Shown here: positions 48,232-58,585 of the stretch, piece after piece
Layout: each line of letters opens with the position of its first letter
How positions within the stretch are numbered: the stretch's first letter is position 1
Source of the DNA: an uncultured Prevotella sp.
GTDB taxonomy: Bacteria; Bacteroidota; Bacteroidia; Bacteroidales; Bacteroidaceae
Length of the DNA stretch: 64,000 nt
Reading direction: 5' to 3'
NCBI GenBank assembly: GCA_944321295.1
Contig: CALUKU010000013.1
Location: forward strand, 3,317 to 67,316
The notes under the pieces: generated by a model
What the model was told of the DNA's origin: nothing
Seen by the model: the letters and a program-made list of their open reading frames with translations, nothing else
The model's database searches: none
Position numbers and translations under genes: made by a program

Positions 48232-48801
48232 ATGAATCAACAGGAAGACATTAAGAACGCCGTCGAGGTGATGAGGCAGGGCGGCGTCATTCTTTATCCC
48301 ACCGACACTGTGTGGGGAATAGGCTGCGACGCCACCAACGCAGAGGCCGTGGCAAAGGTGTACAAGATAAAGCATCGGGACGACAGCAAGGCTCTCATCT
48401 GTCTTGTTGACTCCGACGTAAGGTTGCAGCGGTATGTCCGCGACGTGCCCGAGGTGGCTTGGCAGGTGATGGAGCTTGCCACTAAGCCGACCACCGTGAT
48501 ACTTGACAATGCCGTAAACCTTGCCCCTAATTTGGTGGCCGAGGACGGCAGCATTGCCATGAGGATAACCCGTGAGCCATTCTCGAAGGAGCTTTGCTAT
48601 AGGTTCCAGAAGCCCGTCGTGTCGACAAGCGCCAACTTTAGCGGGCAGCCGGCGGCTGAAAACTACCGCGACATCGACCATGCGCTGCTTGAGGCGGTCG
48701 ATTACGTGTGCTTCGCACGCAGGCAGGAGAAAAATCCGCACACTCCCTCAAGCATTTTGAGAATAAGGCCTGACGGGCAGGTGGAAATCATCCGTAAGTG
48801 A
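48232..48801 (+). CDS. L-threonylcarbamoyladenylate synthase (Sua5/YrdC/TsaC)
   Basis: YPTDTVWGIGCDATN, STSANFSG. Confidence 0.92.
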   Translation: MNQQEDIKNAVEVMRQGGVILYPTDTVWGIGCDATNAEAVAKVYKIKHRDDSKALICLVDSDVRLQRYVRDVPEVAWQVMELATKPTTVILDNAVNLAPNLVAEDGSIAMRITREPFSKELCYRFQKPVVSTSANFSGQPAAENYRDIDHALLEAVDYVCFARRQEKNPHTPSSILRIRPDGQVEIIRK

Positions 48802-48889
48802 CAAGACGCTGTGCCGTTGCCGGCGTGGGCGTTGCCAGTACGGCGCGGGGCGGCTTCTTAAAATCTCTGTTATCATTATTTTCTTTGAT

Positions 48890-50710
48890 ATGGGCCAGGC
48901 AGGCGTTGATGTGGAAGAGCAGCAGCGTGGACAAACGTTCATGCAGCGCGTTATAAAATTGCGTGAACAGTATGTCACCGACAGGCAGTTCACGCTTGTG
49001 TTGAGTTTCCTCGTTGGATTGTTCGCCGCGGTTGCGGCGTTCATTCTGCATTGGCTTATCGAGGAGATACAGATGTTGCTTACGTCGAGATTTGACGCCG
49101 ACACGTTCAACTGGCTGTATCTTGTCTATCCCGTGATAGGCATTTACATCACGTCGCTTTTCGTCCGTTATGTCGTTAAGGATGAGATCAGTCACGGCAT
49201 AACGCGTATCCTTTACGCCATAAGCAGCAAGCGCAGCCGTCTGAAGGGGCACAACTGCTGGAGCTCCGTCATCGCCTCGGCCATAACCATCGGCTTCGGC
49301 GGCAGCGTCGGGGCGGAGGCGCCCATCGTGCTGACCGGTTCGGCCATAGGCAGCAACCTCGGTCAGCTGTTCAAGATGGACAACAAGACGCTGATGTTGC
49401 TTGTAGGCTGCGGTGCGGCGGCCGCCATCGCCGGCATATTCAAGGCGCCGATAGCCGGCCTTGTGTTCACCCTCGAGGTTCTGATGCTCGACCTTACGAT
49501 GGCCTCGTTGCTGCCGATACTCATCTCCAGTGTCACCGCTACATGTTTCACGTATATTTTTACGGGCAGCGACTCGCTGTTCGTCTTCAATCTTGACAAC
49601 CCTTGGCCCGTAGAGCGTATTCCCGCCAACATCCTGTTGGGAGTGTTCGGCGGTTTTGTCAGTCTTTACTTCATGCGGACGATGACGGTGTGCGAGTCGG
49701 TGTTCGGACGTCTGAAGGACAGGCCGATCGTAAAGCTCGTGCTGGGCGCGATGGTGCTGAGTCCGTTGATATTCCTTTTCCCTTCGCTTTACGGCGAGGG
49801 CTATTCAAGCATAAACATACTGCTTAGCGGAAAGTCTGAGGCCGACTGGGACGCGCTGCTGCACAATTCGCCGTTCTACGGGCAGGGCGCGCTGCTCATG
49901 CCTTACGTGGCGATGGTGCTGCTGACGAAGGTCTTCGCCACGTCGGCCACTAACGGTGGAGGCGGCTGCGGCGGAACTTTCGCTCCGTCATTGTTCATAG
50001 GCGCCTTTGCGGGCTTTTTCTTCGCGAGGATGTGGAATATATATGAATTAGGCGTTTATCTGCCTGAAAAGAACTTCGCCCTGCTCGGTATGGCAGCCGT
50101 GATGGCAGGTGTCATGCACGCGCCGCTTACAGGTATCTTCCTGATTGCCGAGATTACGGGCGGTTATCAGATGTTCATTCCGCTGATGATAGTGAGCATT
50201 TGCTCTTACCTCACTATCATCATATTCGAGCCGCACAGTATTTACGGCATGCGACTGGCGCGCCAAGGCAAGCTGATAACACACCACACCGACCGTGCCG
50301 TGCTGACGCTGATGAGTCTTGACAGCGTGATTGACAAGACTTACACGGCCGTCAGCCCCGACAAGGACTTGGCTTCGCTCGTACATGCCATAAGCCGGAG
50401 CCATCGTGACATACTGCCCGTGCTCGACGACGCGGGCAACCTGCTCGGCGAGATTGACATCACGAAGCTTAGGCACATCGTGTTCCGCACGGAGCTTTAC
50501 CATCATTTCACGGTGAGGCAGCTTATGTCGCAGCCGAAGGCATTGCTCTCCGTCAACGACACGATGGAAGAGGTCATGAAGCGTTTCGACGCCACTGATG
50601 CGGCCATGCTGCCCGTGCTTGACGGTGACGGCCATCTTTTCGGCTACATATCGCGCACCCATATGTATGCAATGTACCGTAAGATGGTGGCCGACATGTC
50701 TGAGGACTGA
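48890..50710 (+). CDS. ClC-family chloride channel/antiporter with CBS domains
   Basis: SHGI, GGSVGAEAP, IFKAPIAG, GGTFAPSL, HAPLTG; two C-terminal CBS domains. Confidence 0.92.
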   Translation: MGQAGVDVEEQQRGQTFMQRVIKLREQYVTDRQFTLVLSFLVGLFAAVAAFILHWLIEEIQMLLTSRFDADTFNWLYLVYPVIGIYITSLFVRYVVKDEISHGITRILYAISSKRSRLKGHNCWSSVIASAITIGFGGSVGAEAPIVLTGSAIGSNLGQLFKMDNKTLMLLVGCGAAAAIAGIFKAPIAGLVFTLEVLMLDLTMASLLPILISSVTATCFTYIFTGSDSLFVFNLDNPWPVERIPANILLGVFGGFVSLYFMRTMTVCESVFGRLKDRPIVKLVLGAMVLSPLIFLFPSLYGEGYSSINILLSGKSEADWDALLHNSPFYGQGALLMPYVAMVLLTKVFATSATNGGGGCGGTFAPSLFIGAFAGFFFARMWNIYELGVYLPEKNFALLGMAAVMAGVMHAPLTGIFLIAEITGGYQMFIPLMIVSICSYLTIIIFEPHSIYGMRLARQGKLITHHTDRAVLTLMSLDSVIDKTYTAVSPDKDLASLVHAISRSHRDILPVLDDAGNLLGEIDITKLRHIVFRTELYHHFTVRQLMSQPKALLSVNDTMEEVMKRFDATDAAMLPVLDGDGHLFGYISRTHMYAMYRKMVADMSED

Positions 50711-50790
50711 TTTCGAGGGGTTACACGAGGGATGACGGTAAGGTGTTTTTCCGCCACCGGCGGGATGTCGCCATGATTGATGATATAAAC

Positions 50791-50972
50791 GATTCGATAT
50801 AAGAAAACAACAAAGTAGGGACATAATTTATTATGTCCGCACGTTCTGTAAAGAACGTTTTTATATGCAAAATCAACTGAATACGCCTCTTCGCGGCGTG
50901 CGGATATAATAAATTATGTCCCTACTTTGTTGTTTGACAATGTTTGAAAGAAAACAAGCCTTATACCGAATT
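50791..50972. repeat. GTAG-type REP doublet (REPIN-like)
   Basis: gtagggacataattttattatgtccgcac (50815-50843) and inverted gtgcggatataataaattatgtccctac (50898-50925), with further outer inverted repeats. Confidence 0.85.
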
Positions 50973-51008
50973 GACGTATGATATGATGATTTAATAAGAC
51001 CAGAAGTT

Positions 51009-51536
51009 ATGAACGAAGTATTGAAATGTATGGAAACGCGCCGTAGCGTGCGCGGGTTCAAACCGGATGTAATGCCTGAAACTGAACTTATCGAACAGGT
51101 CTTGAGGGCCGGCACTTATGCTCCCACGGGCCGTGGGGCGCAGTCGCCTGTCATTGTCGCCGTTACTAATAAGGCCGTGCGCGACAGGTTGTCGCAGATG
51201 AACGCCGAGGTGCTCGGCACTACGACCGACCCGTTTTACGGAGCGCCCGTAGTTCTTGTTGTGTTGGCAGACAAGTCGCGTCCTACGTATCTTTATGACG
51301 GCTCGCTCGTTATGGGCAATCTTATGAACGCCGCCCACGCCGTAGGCCTCGGCAGCTGCTGGATTCACCGCGCCAAGGAGGTTTTCGCCTCGCCTGAAGG
51401 TAAGGCCTTGCTTAAAGAGTGGGGCGTTGAGGGCGACTATGAGGGCATAGGCCACTGCGTCATCGGCTATCCTGCCGACGGACAACCGCTTGCCGCCAAG
51501 CCGCGCAAGGACGATTATGTCGTCTGGGTGCGCTGA
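51009..51536 (+). CDS. Nitroreductase family protein
   Basis: RRSVRGF, APTGRGAQ, FYGAPVV, AAHAVGLGSCWI. Confidence 0.9.
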   Translation: MNEVLKCMETRRSVRGFKPDVMPETELIEQVLRAGTYAPTGRGAQSPVIVAVTNKAVRDRLSQMNAEVLGTTTDPFYGAPVVLVVLADKSRPTYLYDGSLVMGNLMNAAHAVGLGSCWIHRAKEVFASPEGKALLKEWGVEGDYEGIGHCVIGYPADGQPLAAKPRKDDYVVWVR

Positions 51537-51893
51537 CCGCGCTTCGTCATTAAGATGAACGTGAGTTCGATTGATTATCATAATCTCATTTAAACAATAT
51601 GCCTCCTTTTAGCGGTTAAAAGGTCGCCTTTTACAAGCCGAAAAGCCGCCTTTTGGAATACGCCTCCGGCAAAACGGTAATCAACACGACGGACATAAGC
51701 GGATAATACGGGGCATCCGCTGTTTGGAATGACGATTAGCGAGAGCCTCATTAGGAAGAGGATGCGTTCGTAATCAATAAGACTTTAATTAAATAAGGTG
51801 AAACCCGGACATACAAACCATTCCGCCGATGAACCGCAATACGCCAAAGCACAGTGACGGATTTGGGTTAGAATGTTTTTTATTGAGGTTTTA

Positions 51894-52091
51894 TAATATC
51901 ACAATGTCACAACACGGCGCAAGGCATTGGAGGCTAAGGCATTGTGTGGTGACATTAAGGGTGATTTCACTTTCACAGACTGTCACGCTTCATGGCTTGT
52001 GACATTAGAGTGAAGGTGGCAGCAAGCAAATGTCACAGCCTAACTTGCTGGCAATTAGCAATATGCGTGCAGATGTGACGTTGTGACGTTA
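51894..52091. repeat. TGTCAC module, copy 4 (198 bp, most diverged)
   Basis: taatatcacaatgtcac ... gtgacgttgtgacgtta; both spacers 38 bp. Confidence 0.8.
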
Positions 52092-52175
52092 AACCCAAAT
52101 CGGTCATTATACTTCAGACCGATTTGGGTTAAACCTGTGTTAGTTCGACAAAGGAACTCGCATTAATAACGTCGT

Positions 52176-52401
52176 GAATTCGGTATAAACTTTTATGCCT
52201 AAAATTCAAGCGAGCACCCTCGCGTAGGGACATAATTTTGAAGATTGCACCATTAAAACGCAATCGTGTCCTTAGCCGCGAAGAGGCGTATTATGCAGTA
52301 ATATTGCCAATAACGTTCTTTGCTTTCAGCGAACTTCGTTTCAGAACGTGCGGACATAATAAATCATGTCCCTACGAAGGGTGTTCTTCTTATACCGAAC
52401 T
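52176..52401. repeat. GTAG-type REP doublet, opposite orientation to the 50.8 kb copy
   Basis: gtagggacataat (52224) ... gtgcggacataataaatcatgtccctac (52348-52375); shared spacer gcacgttctg / aatacgcctcttcgcggc; outer gaattcggtataa / ttataccgaact. Confidence 0.8.
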
Positions 52402-52407
52402 TACGTA

Positions 52408-52926
52408 TTAATACAATTTTCCCTCCTGCCAGTTGAGTGTGGGGTAAGCCTTCTTCAGTTCTTCAACGCTTTGCTCTATGCCGCTGCCGCCCGATGTGGC
52501 GAACGGACGGATGGTCTTGCCCTTTAGGTCGTGGCTTTCGATGAATGTGTTGATTATCCTCGGAGCCACGCCCCACCATATCGGGTAACCGATGTAAACA
52601 GTGTCATAGTCGGCAATGTTTGCCTTGTTTCCTTTTATTGCGGGACGGCTGTTAGGGTCGTTCATTTCAACCGAACTGCGTGACGCCTTGTCGTTCCAGT
52701 TGAGGTCTGCGCCGGTGTACGGCTGCGCAGGCTCAATCCTGTAAAGCTCTCCGCCCGTTTCCTCTGCTATGAGGTTTGCGGCTTTGGCCGTCGTTCCCGT
52801 TGCCGAGAAGTATGCAATCAATACTTTCCCGCTTTTTCCGCCTTCGGTGTTGCCTTTGCAGGCGCAAATGTTCATGCACATGGCTGTAAATACGATTAAC
52901 GTTAAGATTAACTTGCTTGGTTTCAT
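52408..52926 (-). CDS. Flavodoxin with N-terminal signal or lipoprotein leader
   Basis: AYFSATGTT, IGYPIWWG, FATSGGSG; hydrophobic leader ending ICAC. Confidence 0.88.
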   Translation of the reverse strand: MKPSKLILTLIVFTAMCMNICACKGNTEGGKSGKVLIAYFSATGTTAKAANLIAEETGGELYRIEPAQPYTGADLNWNDKASRSSVEMNDPNSRPAIKGNKANIADYDTVYIGYPIWWGVAPRIINTFIESHDLKGKTIRPFATSGGSGIEQSVEELKKAYPTLNWQEGKLY

Positions 52927-53162
52927 GATTTGTTGTTTATTATGTTTATTATTTTACATAAAGGAAGGTTCTTGCTTTATGCCGGAATGTCTTATATGTT
53001 TCCGTTTGCAAATTTAGTAAATCATGTGCGGTTGCGGCGTAGACATATTACGGGGCGTCATACCAATTTTACGGAAAGTTCAGTTTCTTGCGTTATCTGT
53101 GTAAACAAACGCTGCCGGCGGATTTATGCCGGCAACGGTGTGACATGCGTGTCAGAGTATGG

Positions 53163-53888
53163 TTATTCTCCGCTGACTATTTGCCGCCAAGTGTCTTTCA
53201 GTGCGGTCATCGTCGGGAATATAAGGTTTGCGCCTTCGTCGGCAAGCGCCTTGTCGGGTAGGGGGCCGGTGTTTACGGCAATGGTGAATATTCCTGCCGC
53301 CACGGCGGCACGTACTCCTAAAGGCGCGTTCTCAACGACGATGGCCTCGTTTGCCTTTACTCCTGCTTTGTCAAGTCCCCGCAGGTAAGGCTCGGGGTCG
53401 GGCTTGCCGTGTTTCACGTCGAAACTTGTGACTACGAGGCTCGTGCTGACCAGTCCATTGAAGTCATCTTCAAGGCGTTGCAGCAGCGTGCGTTGTCCGC
53501 TGCCCGTCACGATTACTATTTTCAGTCCGTCAGCCTTTATCATCCGCATCAGCTCCTCAACGCTTTCCATTTTCTGCGCCTTAGGGCACGCCCTGAAGTC
53601 TTTTGCCTTCTCTTCATACATCAATGCGGCTTCGTCGTCGCTGATCTCCTTGCCCCATTGGCGGCGGGCGAGCATTTTGATTGTTTCCACTCCGCGCATG
53701 CCTTCGTATTCGTAAGCTTCCTCCGGTGCCATGTTTATGCCGAGCCTCGCCATCGACGAGTGCCAGCTCCGGGCATGGTAGGGCATGCTGTCATACAGGA
53801 CGCCGTCCATGTCAAAAAGCACGGCTTTGGGCGTGAACGCCTCAAAGCCGTGCTTCTCAAGATATTTGTTGATTTCAGTGTCAAACAT
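53163..53888 (-). CDS. HAD-family hydrolase (beta-phosphoglucomutase-like)
   Basis: FDMDGVLYDS, VTGS, GKPDPEPY, VENAPLG. Confidence 0.88.
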   Translation of the reverse strand: MFDTEINKYLEKHGFEAFTPKAVLFDMDGVLYDSMPYHARSWHSSMARLGINMAPEEAYEYEGMRGVETIKMLARRQWGKEISDDEAALMYEEKAKDFRACPKAQKMESVEELMRMIKADGLKIVIVTGSGQRTLLQRLEDDFNGLVSTSLVVTSFDVKHGKPDPEPYLRGLDKAGVKANEAIVVENAPLGVRAAVAAGIFTIAVNTGPLPDKALADEGANLIFPTMTALKDTWRQIVSGE

Positions 53889-53895
53889 TTGTTTT

Positions 53896-54048
53896 GTGGT
53901 TTTAAGGTTGTGCGGTTATGCGGTTTTACGGTTGTAAGGTTTTAAGGGCTGACAATTGTGAATTTGTGTGGTTATAATAAAACCAGACCTCTTCAACCGT
54001 AAAACAGTGTAACCTTATAACCGCAAGACCTTATAACCGCATAACCCC
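53896..54048. repeat. Inverted clusters of a second octamer family (GGTTRTRM / AACCKYAW)
   Basis: 8-bp period at 53896-53947 and reverse complement at 53995-54048. Confidence 0.7.
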
Positions 54049-54058
54049 AATCAAGCCT

Positions 54059-55417
54059 TTATTTCTCTTTTGCGAGCCTTTCCTTTATCGCCTTGCTTTC
54101 AGCCTCGTATCCGGGCTTGTCGAGCAGGGCGAACATGTTCTTCTTGTAGGCCTCTACGCCGGGCTGGTTGAACGGGTTGACGCCCAGCACGTTGCCGCTT
54201 ATGCCGCAAGCCTTCTCGAAGAAGTAAATCAGCTGTCCGATGTAATACTCGTTAAGTTCGGGAACGCTGATAAGTATGTTGGGCACACCGCCGTCAACGT
54301 GTGCAAGGCGCGTGCCGAGTTCGGCCATCTTGTTCACTTCGTCGACGCGCTTGCCTGCCAGGAAGTTAAGTCCGTCAAGGTTCTCCTCGTCGTTGGGGAA
54401 GAGCATTTCGCGGTTGGGCTTTTCAACGCTGATTACGGTTTCGTAGATTGAGCGTTCGCCCTCCTGAATCCACTGGCCCATTGAGTGCAGGTCGGTCGTG
54501 AAATCACATGATGAGGGGAATATACCCTTGTTCTCCTTGCCTTCGCTTTCGCCGTAAAGCTGTTTCCACCATTCGCTCATGTAATGAAGCTTAGGCTGGT
54601 AGTTAACCATTATTTCAATCTTCTTTCCGGCCTGTGCGTAAAGTCCGTTGCGCACGGCTGCGTAAACGGCAGCGGGATTTTCCTCGTAAGGCACGTCAAT
54701 GCCGCAGGCTTTCTCCATGTCGGCCGCTCCGGCAACGAGCTGCTTGATGTCGAATCCGGCGCATGCTATCGGCAGCAGGCCTACGGGAGTGAGCACGGAG
54801 AAGCGTCCGCCTACGTTGTCGGGTATGACGAACGTCTTATATCCCTCCTTGTCGGCTGCGGCGCGTGCGGCGCCCTTCTTCGCGTCGGTCACGGCTACGA
54901 TTACCTTCTTTGCCTCCTCCTTACCGCGCTGCTGCTCGCATTGTTTCTTAAGCAGGCGGAAGGTGAGCGCCGTTTCGGTAGTCGTGCCTGATTTTGATAT
55001 GTTGATTACGCCGAACTTCTTGTCTTTCAGGTATTCGGTGAGTTCGGCCAGATAGTCTTCGCCGATGTTGTTGCCGGCAAAAAGTATTGTGGGGTTCTTC
55101 TTGTCGTTTACAAGCCATGCGAACGAGTTGCCGAGTGCCTCAATGACGGCACGTGCGCCGAGGTAGCTGCCGCCGATACCGGCAACTACTATTGCCTCGC
55201 AGTTTGCGCGCAACGTGTCGGCGCAATCCTGTATGTCCTTGATGAAGTCAGGGGTTATAGACGACGGCAGGTGCAGCCATCCCAAGAAATCGTTACCCGG
55301 ACAGGTGCCGTTCTCAAGAGCCTCTTGGGCTTCCTTCACTTTCGGTTCGTAAGCCTTCACCGTTCCCTCTGCAAGGAACTGGGTGGCTTTGGTTACGTCT
55401 AATGTGATATTTTTCAT
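54059..55417 (-). CDS. pgi: Glucose-6-phosphate isomerase
   Basis: [48 protein letters not shown]. Confidence 0.96.
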   Translation of the reverse strand: MKNITLDVTKATQFLAEGTVKAYEPKVKEAQEALENGTCPGNDFLGWLHLPSSITPDFIKDIQDCADTLRANCEAIVVAGIGGSYLGARAVIEALGNSFAWLVNDKKNPTILFAGNNIGEDYLAELTEYLKDKKFGVINISKSGTTTETALTFRLLKKQCEQQRGKEEAKKVIVAVTDAKKGAARAAADKEGYKTFVIPDNVGGRFSVLTPVGLLPIACAGFDIKQLVAGAADMEKACGIDVPYEENPAAVYAAVRNGLYAQAGKKIEIMVNYQPKLHYMSEWWKQLYGESEGKENKGIFPSSCDFTTDLHSMGQWIQEGERSIYETVISVEKPNREMLFPNDEENLDGLNFLAGKRVDEVNKMAELGTRLAHVDGGVPNILISVPELNEYYIGQLIYFFEKACGISGNVLGVNPFNQPGVEAYKKNMFALLDKPGYEAESKAIKERLAKEK

Positions 55418-55438
55418 TGCTTATAGGTATTGTGATTC

Positions 55439-56434
55439 TTATCTGAAAGAATCGGTTAATAACTTTATCTCAATCTGTGGCGATATGCGTTCGTAAAGGA
55501 TGTTGTAAACGGCGTCAAGTATCGGCATGTTGACGTGGCAGTGGCGGTTGATTTCCTTCATGCATTTCGTGCCGAAATATCCCTCGGCTATCATCTCCAT
55601 CTCTATCTGCGCGCTTTTTATGCTGTAGCCTTTGCCTATCATGGTGCCGAAGGTGCGGTTGCGCGAGAAGTTGGAGTAGCCCGTTACGAGCAGGTCGCCG
55701 AGGTAGACGGAGTCTGTTATGTTCCTGTCAAGAGGGTAGACCGACTTAAGGAAGCGCGACATCTCTTGCACGGCGTTGGCCATTAGTACGGACATGAAGT
55801 TGTCGCCGTATTTCAGGCCGTTGCATATTCCGGCGGCTATGGCGTAGACGTTCTTCAGTACCGAGGCGTACTCTATGCCGATGACGTCGCTGCTCGTCTT
55901 TGTCTTGATGTAGTCGCACGCCAGCACTTCCGAGAAGGCCTGCGCCTTGTCGCGGTCGCTGCATGCCACTGTGAGGTATGACAGTCGTTCGAGGGCTACC
56001 TCCTCCGCGTGTGACGGTCCGCCCAGGCAGGCCAGGTTTTCGTAAGGCACGTCGTAAACCTGGTGGAAATATTCCGAGCACACGAGGTTCTCGTCAGGCA
56101 CGATGCCCTTGATGGCCGTCACGACGAACTTGTCTCTTATGCGTGTCTTCAGTTTCCTCAGGTGGTTCTTTATGTAAGCCGACGGGGTTACGAAGATGAG
56201 CGTGTCGTAGGCCTGCACGATTTTGTTGATGTCGCTGTAGAAGTCGATTTCGCCGATGTTGAAGTGCACGCTCGTAAGGTAGGCCGGGTTGTGTCCGAGT
56301 CGTTTGAAGTCTTCGATGCGGTCGTCGCGGCGCATATACCACCCTATGCGGTGGGTGTGCTCCACCACAATCTTGGCTATGGCCGTTGCCCAGCTGCCGC
56401 CTCCGATTATAGCTATTCTTCCGCAGTCGTACAT
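55439..56434 (-). CDS. gpsA: NAD(P)H-dependent glycerol-3-phosphate dehydrogenase
   Basis: IIGGGSWATA, AIKGI, GPSHAEEV, LKNVYAI, GDLLVT, SRNR. Confidence 0.93.
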   Translation of the reverse strand: MYDCGRIAIIGGGSWATAIAKIVVEHTHRIGWYMRRDDRIEDFKRLGHNPAYLTSVHFNIGEIDFYSDINKIVQAYDTLIFVTPSAYIKNHLRKLKTRIRDKFVVTAIKGIVPDENLVCSEYFHQVYDVPYENLACLGGPSHAEEVALERLSYLTVACSDRDKAQAFSEVLACDYIKTKTSSDVIGIEYASVLKNVYAIAAGICNGLKYGDNFMSVLMANAVQEMSRFLKSVYPLDRNITDSVYLGDLLVTGYSNFSRNRTFGTMIGKGYSIKSAQIEMEMIAEGYFGTKCMKEINRHCHVNMPILDAVYNILYERISPQIEIKLLTDSFR

Positions 56435-56492
56435 TTTTCTATGATTAAACCCCATCCCAACCCCTCATGATATGAAGGGTTGGGGCGGGTGC

Positions 56493-58223
56493 TTATTTAT
56501 TTGCAGCCTCTATCCACTTGGCAAATTCGTCAACCTTCGGGTTGTCGTAGCCCAGTTTGTATTTCTTGTTCACTCCGCAGACGTCCTGCTGCAGCTTCTG
56601 CGGGTTGACGTCCTTGATGTCTTGCACGAGGTAGTAGCCGCATTTGTTGAGCACGGGCACCCATTCTTCGGGCACGCCGACGGCTTTCCATTCCTCAACG
56701 CTGCTCTTCGGAGCTTTCTTCTCCGGGCGCATCTGCGGGAAGAAGAGCACCTCCTGTATGTATGTCTTGCCCGTCATGAGCATTACGAGGCGGTCTATGC
56801 CTATGCCTATGCCGCTCGTAGGCGGCATGCCGTACTGCAGTGCGCGCAGGAAGTCCTGGTCTATAATCATCGCCTCGTCGTCGCCCTTGTCGGCCAGTCG
56901 CATCTGCTCCTTGAAGCGTTCCTCCTGGTCGATGGGGTCGTTAAGCTCGGAATAGGCGTTGGCCAGCTCCTTGCCGTTCACCATCAGCTCGAAGCGTTCG
57001 GTCAGTCCGGGCTTTGAGCGGTGCATCTTCGTGAGCGGCGACATCTCCACGGGGTAGTCGGTAATGAACGTAGGCTGGATGAACGTGCCTTCGCAGAACT
57101 CTCCGAATATCTCGTCGATAAGCTTGCCTTTGCCCATCGTGTCGTCAATCTCCATGTTGAGTTTCTTGCACACCTCGCGTATCTGCGCCTCGTCCATGCC
57201 CGTCAGGTCGTAACCTGTCTTCTCCTTGATGGCTTCGAGTATCGGCAGACGGCGGTAGGGAGCCTTGAAGCTTACGATATTGCCGTCAATCTCGCGCTCG
57301 GGCTTGCCGTTAACGGCTATGCATACGGCCTCGAGCAGCTTCTCGGTGAACGACATCATCCAGTTGTAGTCCTTGTACTGGACGTACAGCTCCATGCAGG
57401 TGAACTCGGGGTTGTGGTTGCGGTCCATGCCCTCGTTGCGGAAGTTCTTGCCTATTTCGTAAACGCCCTCGAAGCCGCCTACTATCAGGCGCTTGAGGTA
57501 AAGCTCCGTGGCGATGCGCATGTACATGTCGGTGTCGAGCGCGTTGAAGTGCGTGATGAACGGCCTTGCGCTCGCTCCGCCAGCTATTGTCTGCAGCGTA
57601 GGCGTTTCAACCTCGGTGTATCCGGCCTCGTCGAGCACCTTCCTTATTGTCCTTATCACCGTGGCGCGCTGCAGGAAGGTGTCCTTCACGCCGTCGTTAA
57701 CCACGAGGTCGACGTACCGCTGGCGATAGCGCAGCTCGGGGTCGTCAAACTTGTCGTAAGCCACGCCGTCCTTATATTTCACTATCGGCAGGGGCTTGAG
57801 GCTCTTCGAGAGCAGCGTCAGGCTCTGCGCGTGTACGCTGATTTCGCCCGTCTGCGTGCGGAAGACGAAACCCTTGACGCCGATGAAGTCGCCGATGTCA
57901 AGCAATTTCTTGAACACCTTGTTATATAAATCCTTGTCCTCGCCCGGACAGATGTCGTCACGCGTTATGTAGACCTGTATCCTGCCCTTAGAGTCCTGAA
58001 GCTCGGCAAAAGCGGCCTTGCCCATCACGCGGCGGCTCATCATGCGTCCGGCTATGCACACCTCGCGGCGCGGCTCGTCGTCGTTGAAACCGTCCTTTAT
58101 GTCGGTTGAGAAAGCATTTGTTGGATACTCTGCCGCGGGATACGGGTCAATGCCCATCGCGCGCAACTCTTCGAGGCTTTGGCGCCTGCCTATTTCCTGT
58201 TCACTCAGTTCTAAAACGTTCAT
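56493..58223 (-). CDS. lysS: Lysyl-tRNA synthetase (class II) with C-terminal extension
   Basis: YRQRYVDL, GGASARPF, RIATELYL, FRNEG, HNPEFT, GMPPTSG.GIGIDRL. Confidence 0.97.
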   Translation of the reverse strand: MNVLELSEQEIGRRQSLEELRAMGIDPYPAAEYPTNAFSTDIKDGFNDDEPRREVCIAGRMMSRRVMGKAAFAELQDSKGRIQVYITRDDICPGEDKDLYNKVFKKLLDIGDFIGVKGFVFRTQTGEISVHAQSLTLLSKSLKPLPIVKYKDGVAYDKFDDPELRYRQRYVDLVVNDGVKDTFLQRATVIRTIRKVLDEAGYTEVETPTLQTIAGGASARPFITHFNALDTDMYMRIATELYLKRLIVGGFEGVYEIGKNFRNEGMDRNHNPEFTCMELYVQYKDYNWMMSFTEKLLEAVCIAVNGKPEREIDGNIVSFKAPYRRLPILEAIKEKTGYDLTGMDEAQIREVCKKLNMEIDDTMGKGKLIDEIFGEFCEGTFIQPTFITDYPVEMSPLTKMHRSKPGLTERFELMVNGKELANAYSELNDPIDQEERFKEQMRLADKGDDEAMIIDQDFLRALQYGMPPTSGIGIGIDRLVMLMTGKTYIQEVLFFPQMRPEKKAPKSSVEEWKAVGVPEEWVPVLNKCGYYLVQDIKDVNPQKLQQDVCGVNKKYKLGYDNPKVDEFAKWIEAANK

Positions 58224-58585
58224 ACTCAAATTTAGTATTCTTGTTGAAGCGGTAACGCCGCGCCGCCTTCCAGCGTAAACACCCTCACGCTGAAGCATGT
58301 GTCAAGCCGACCCTTTGCGGCGCGGTTTATTCCTTGCAAAAATACAAATAAATGCTGACATAGACGAAAGATTAAGGAAGATTAATTAAAATAAGGTCTG
58401 TCGGGGTGTAAAGTGCGTGTGAAATAAATGTGATGATGTCATTTGTTCTCAAAATTATTTCTTATTTTTATGTCGGTTCTGCATAAGTAACTCACTCCTT
58501 AACTGAATGAAGTATTAGCAAATGTTCATGCCCGTAGCTTGGACGTTTTTAGAATGTAAGCGCACTCCGGTGCGCAACTTACGAT

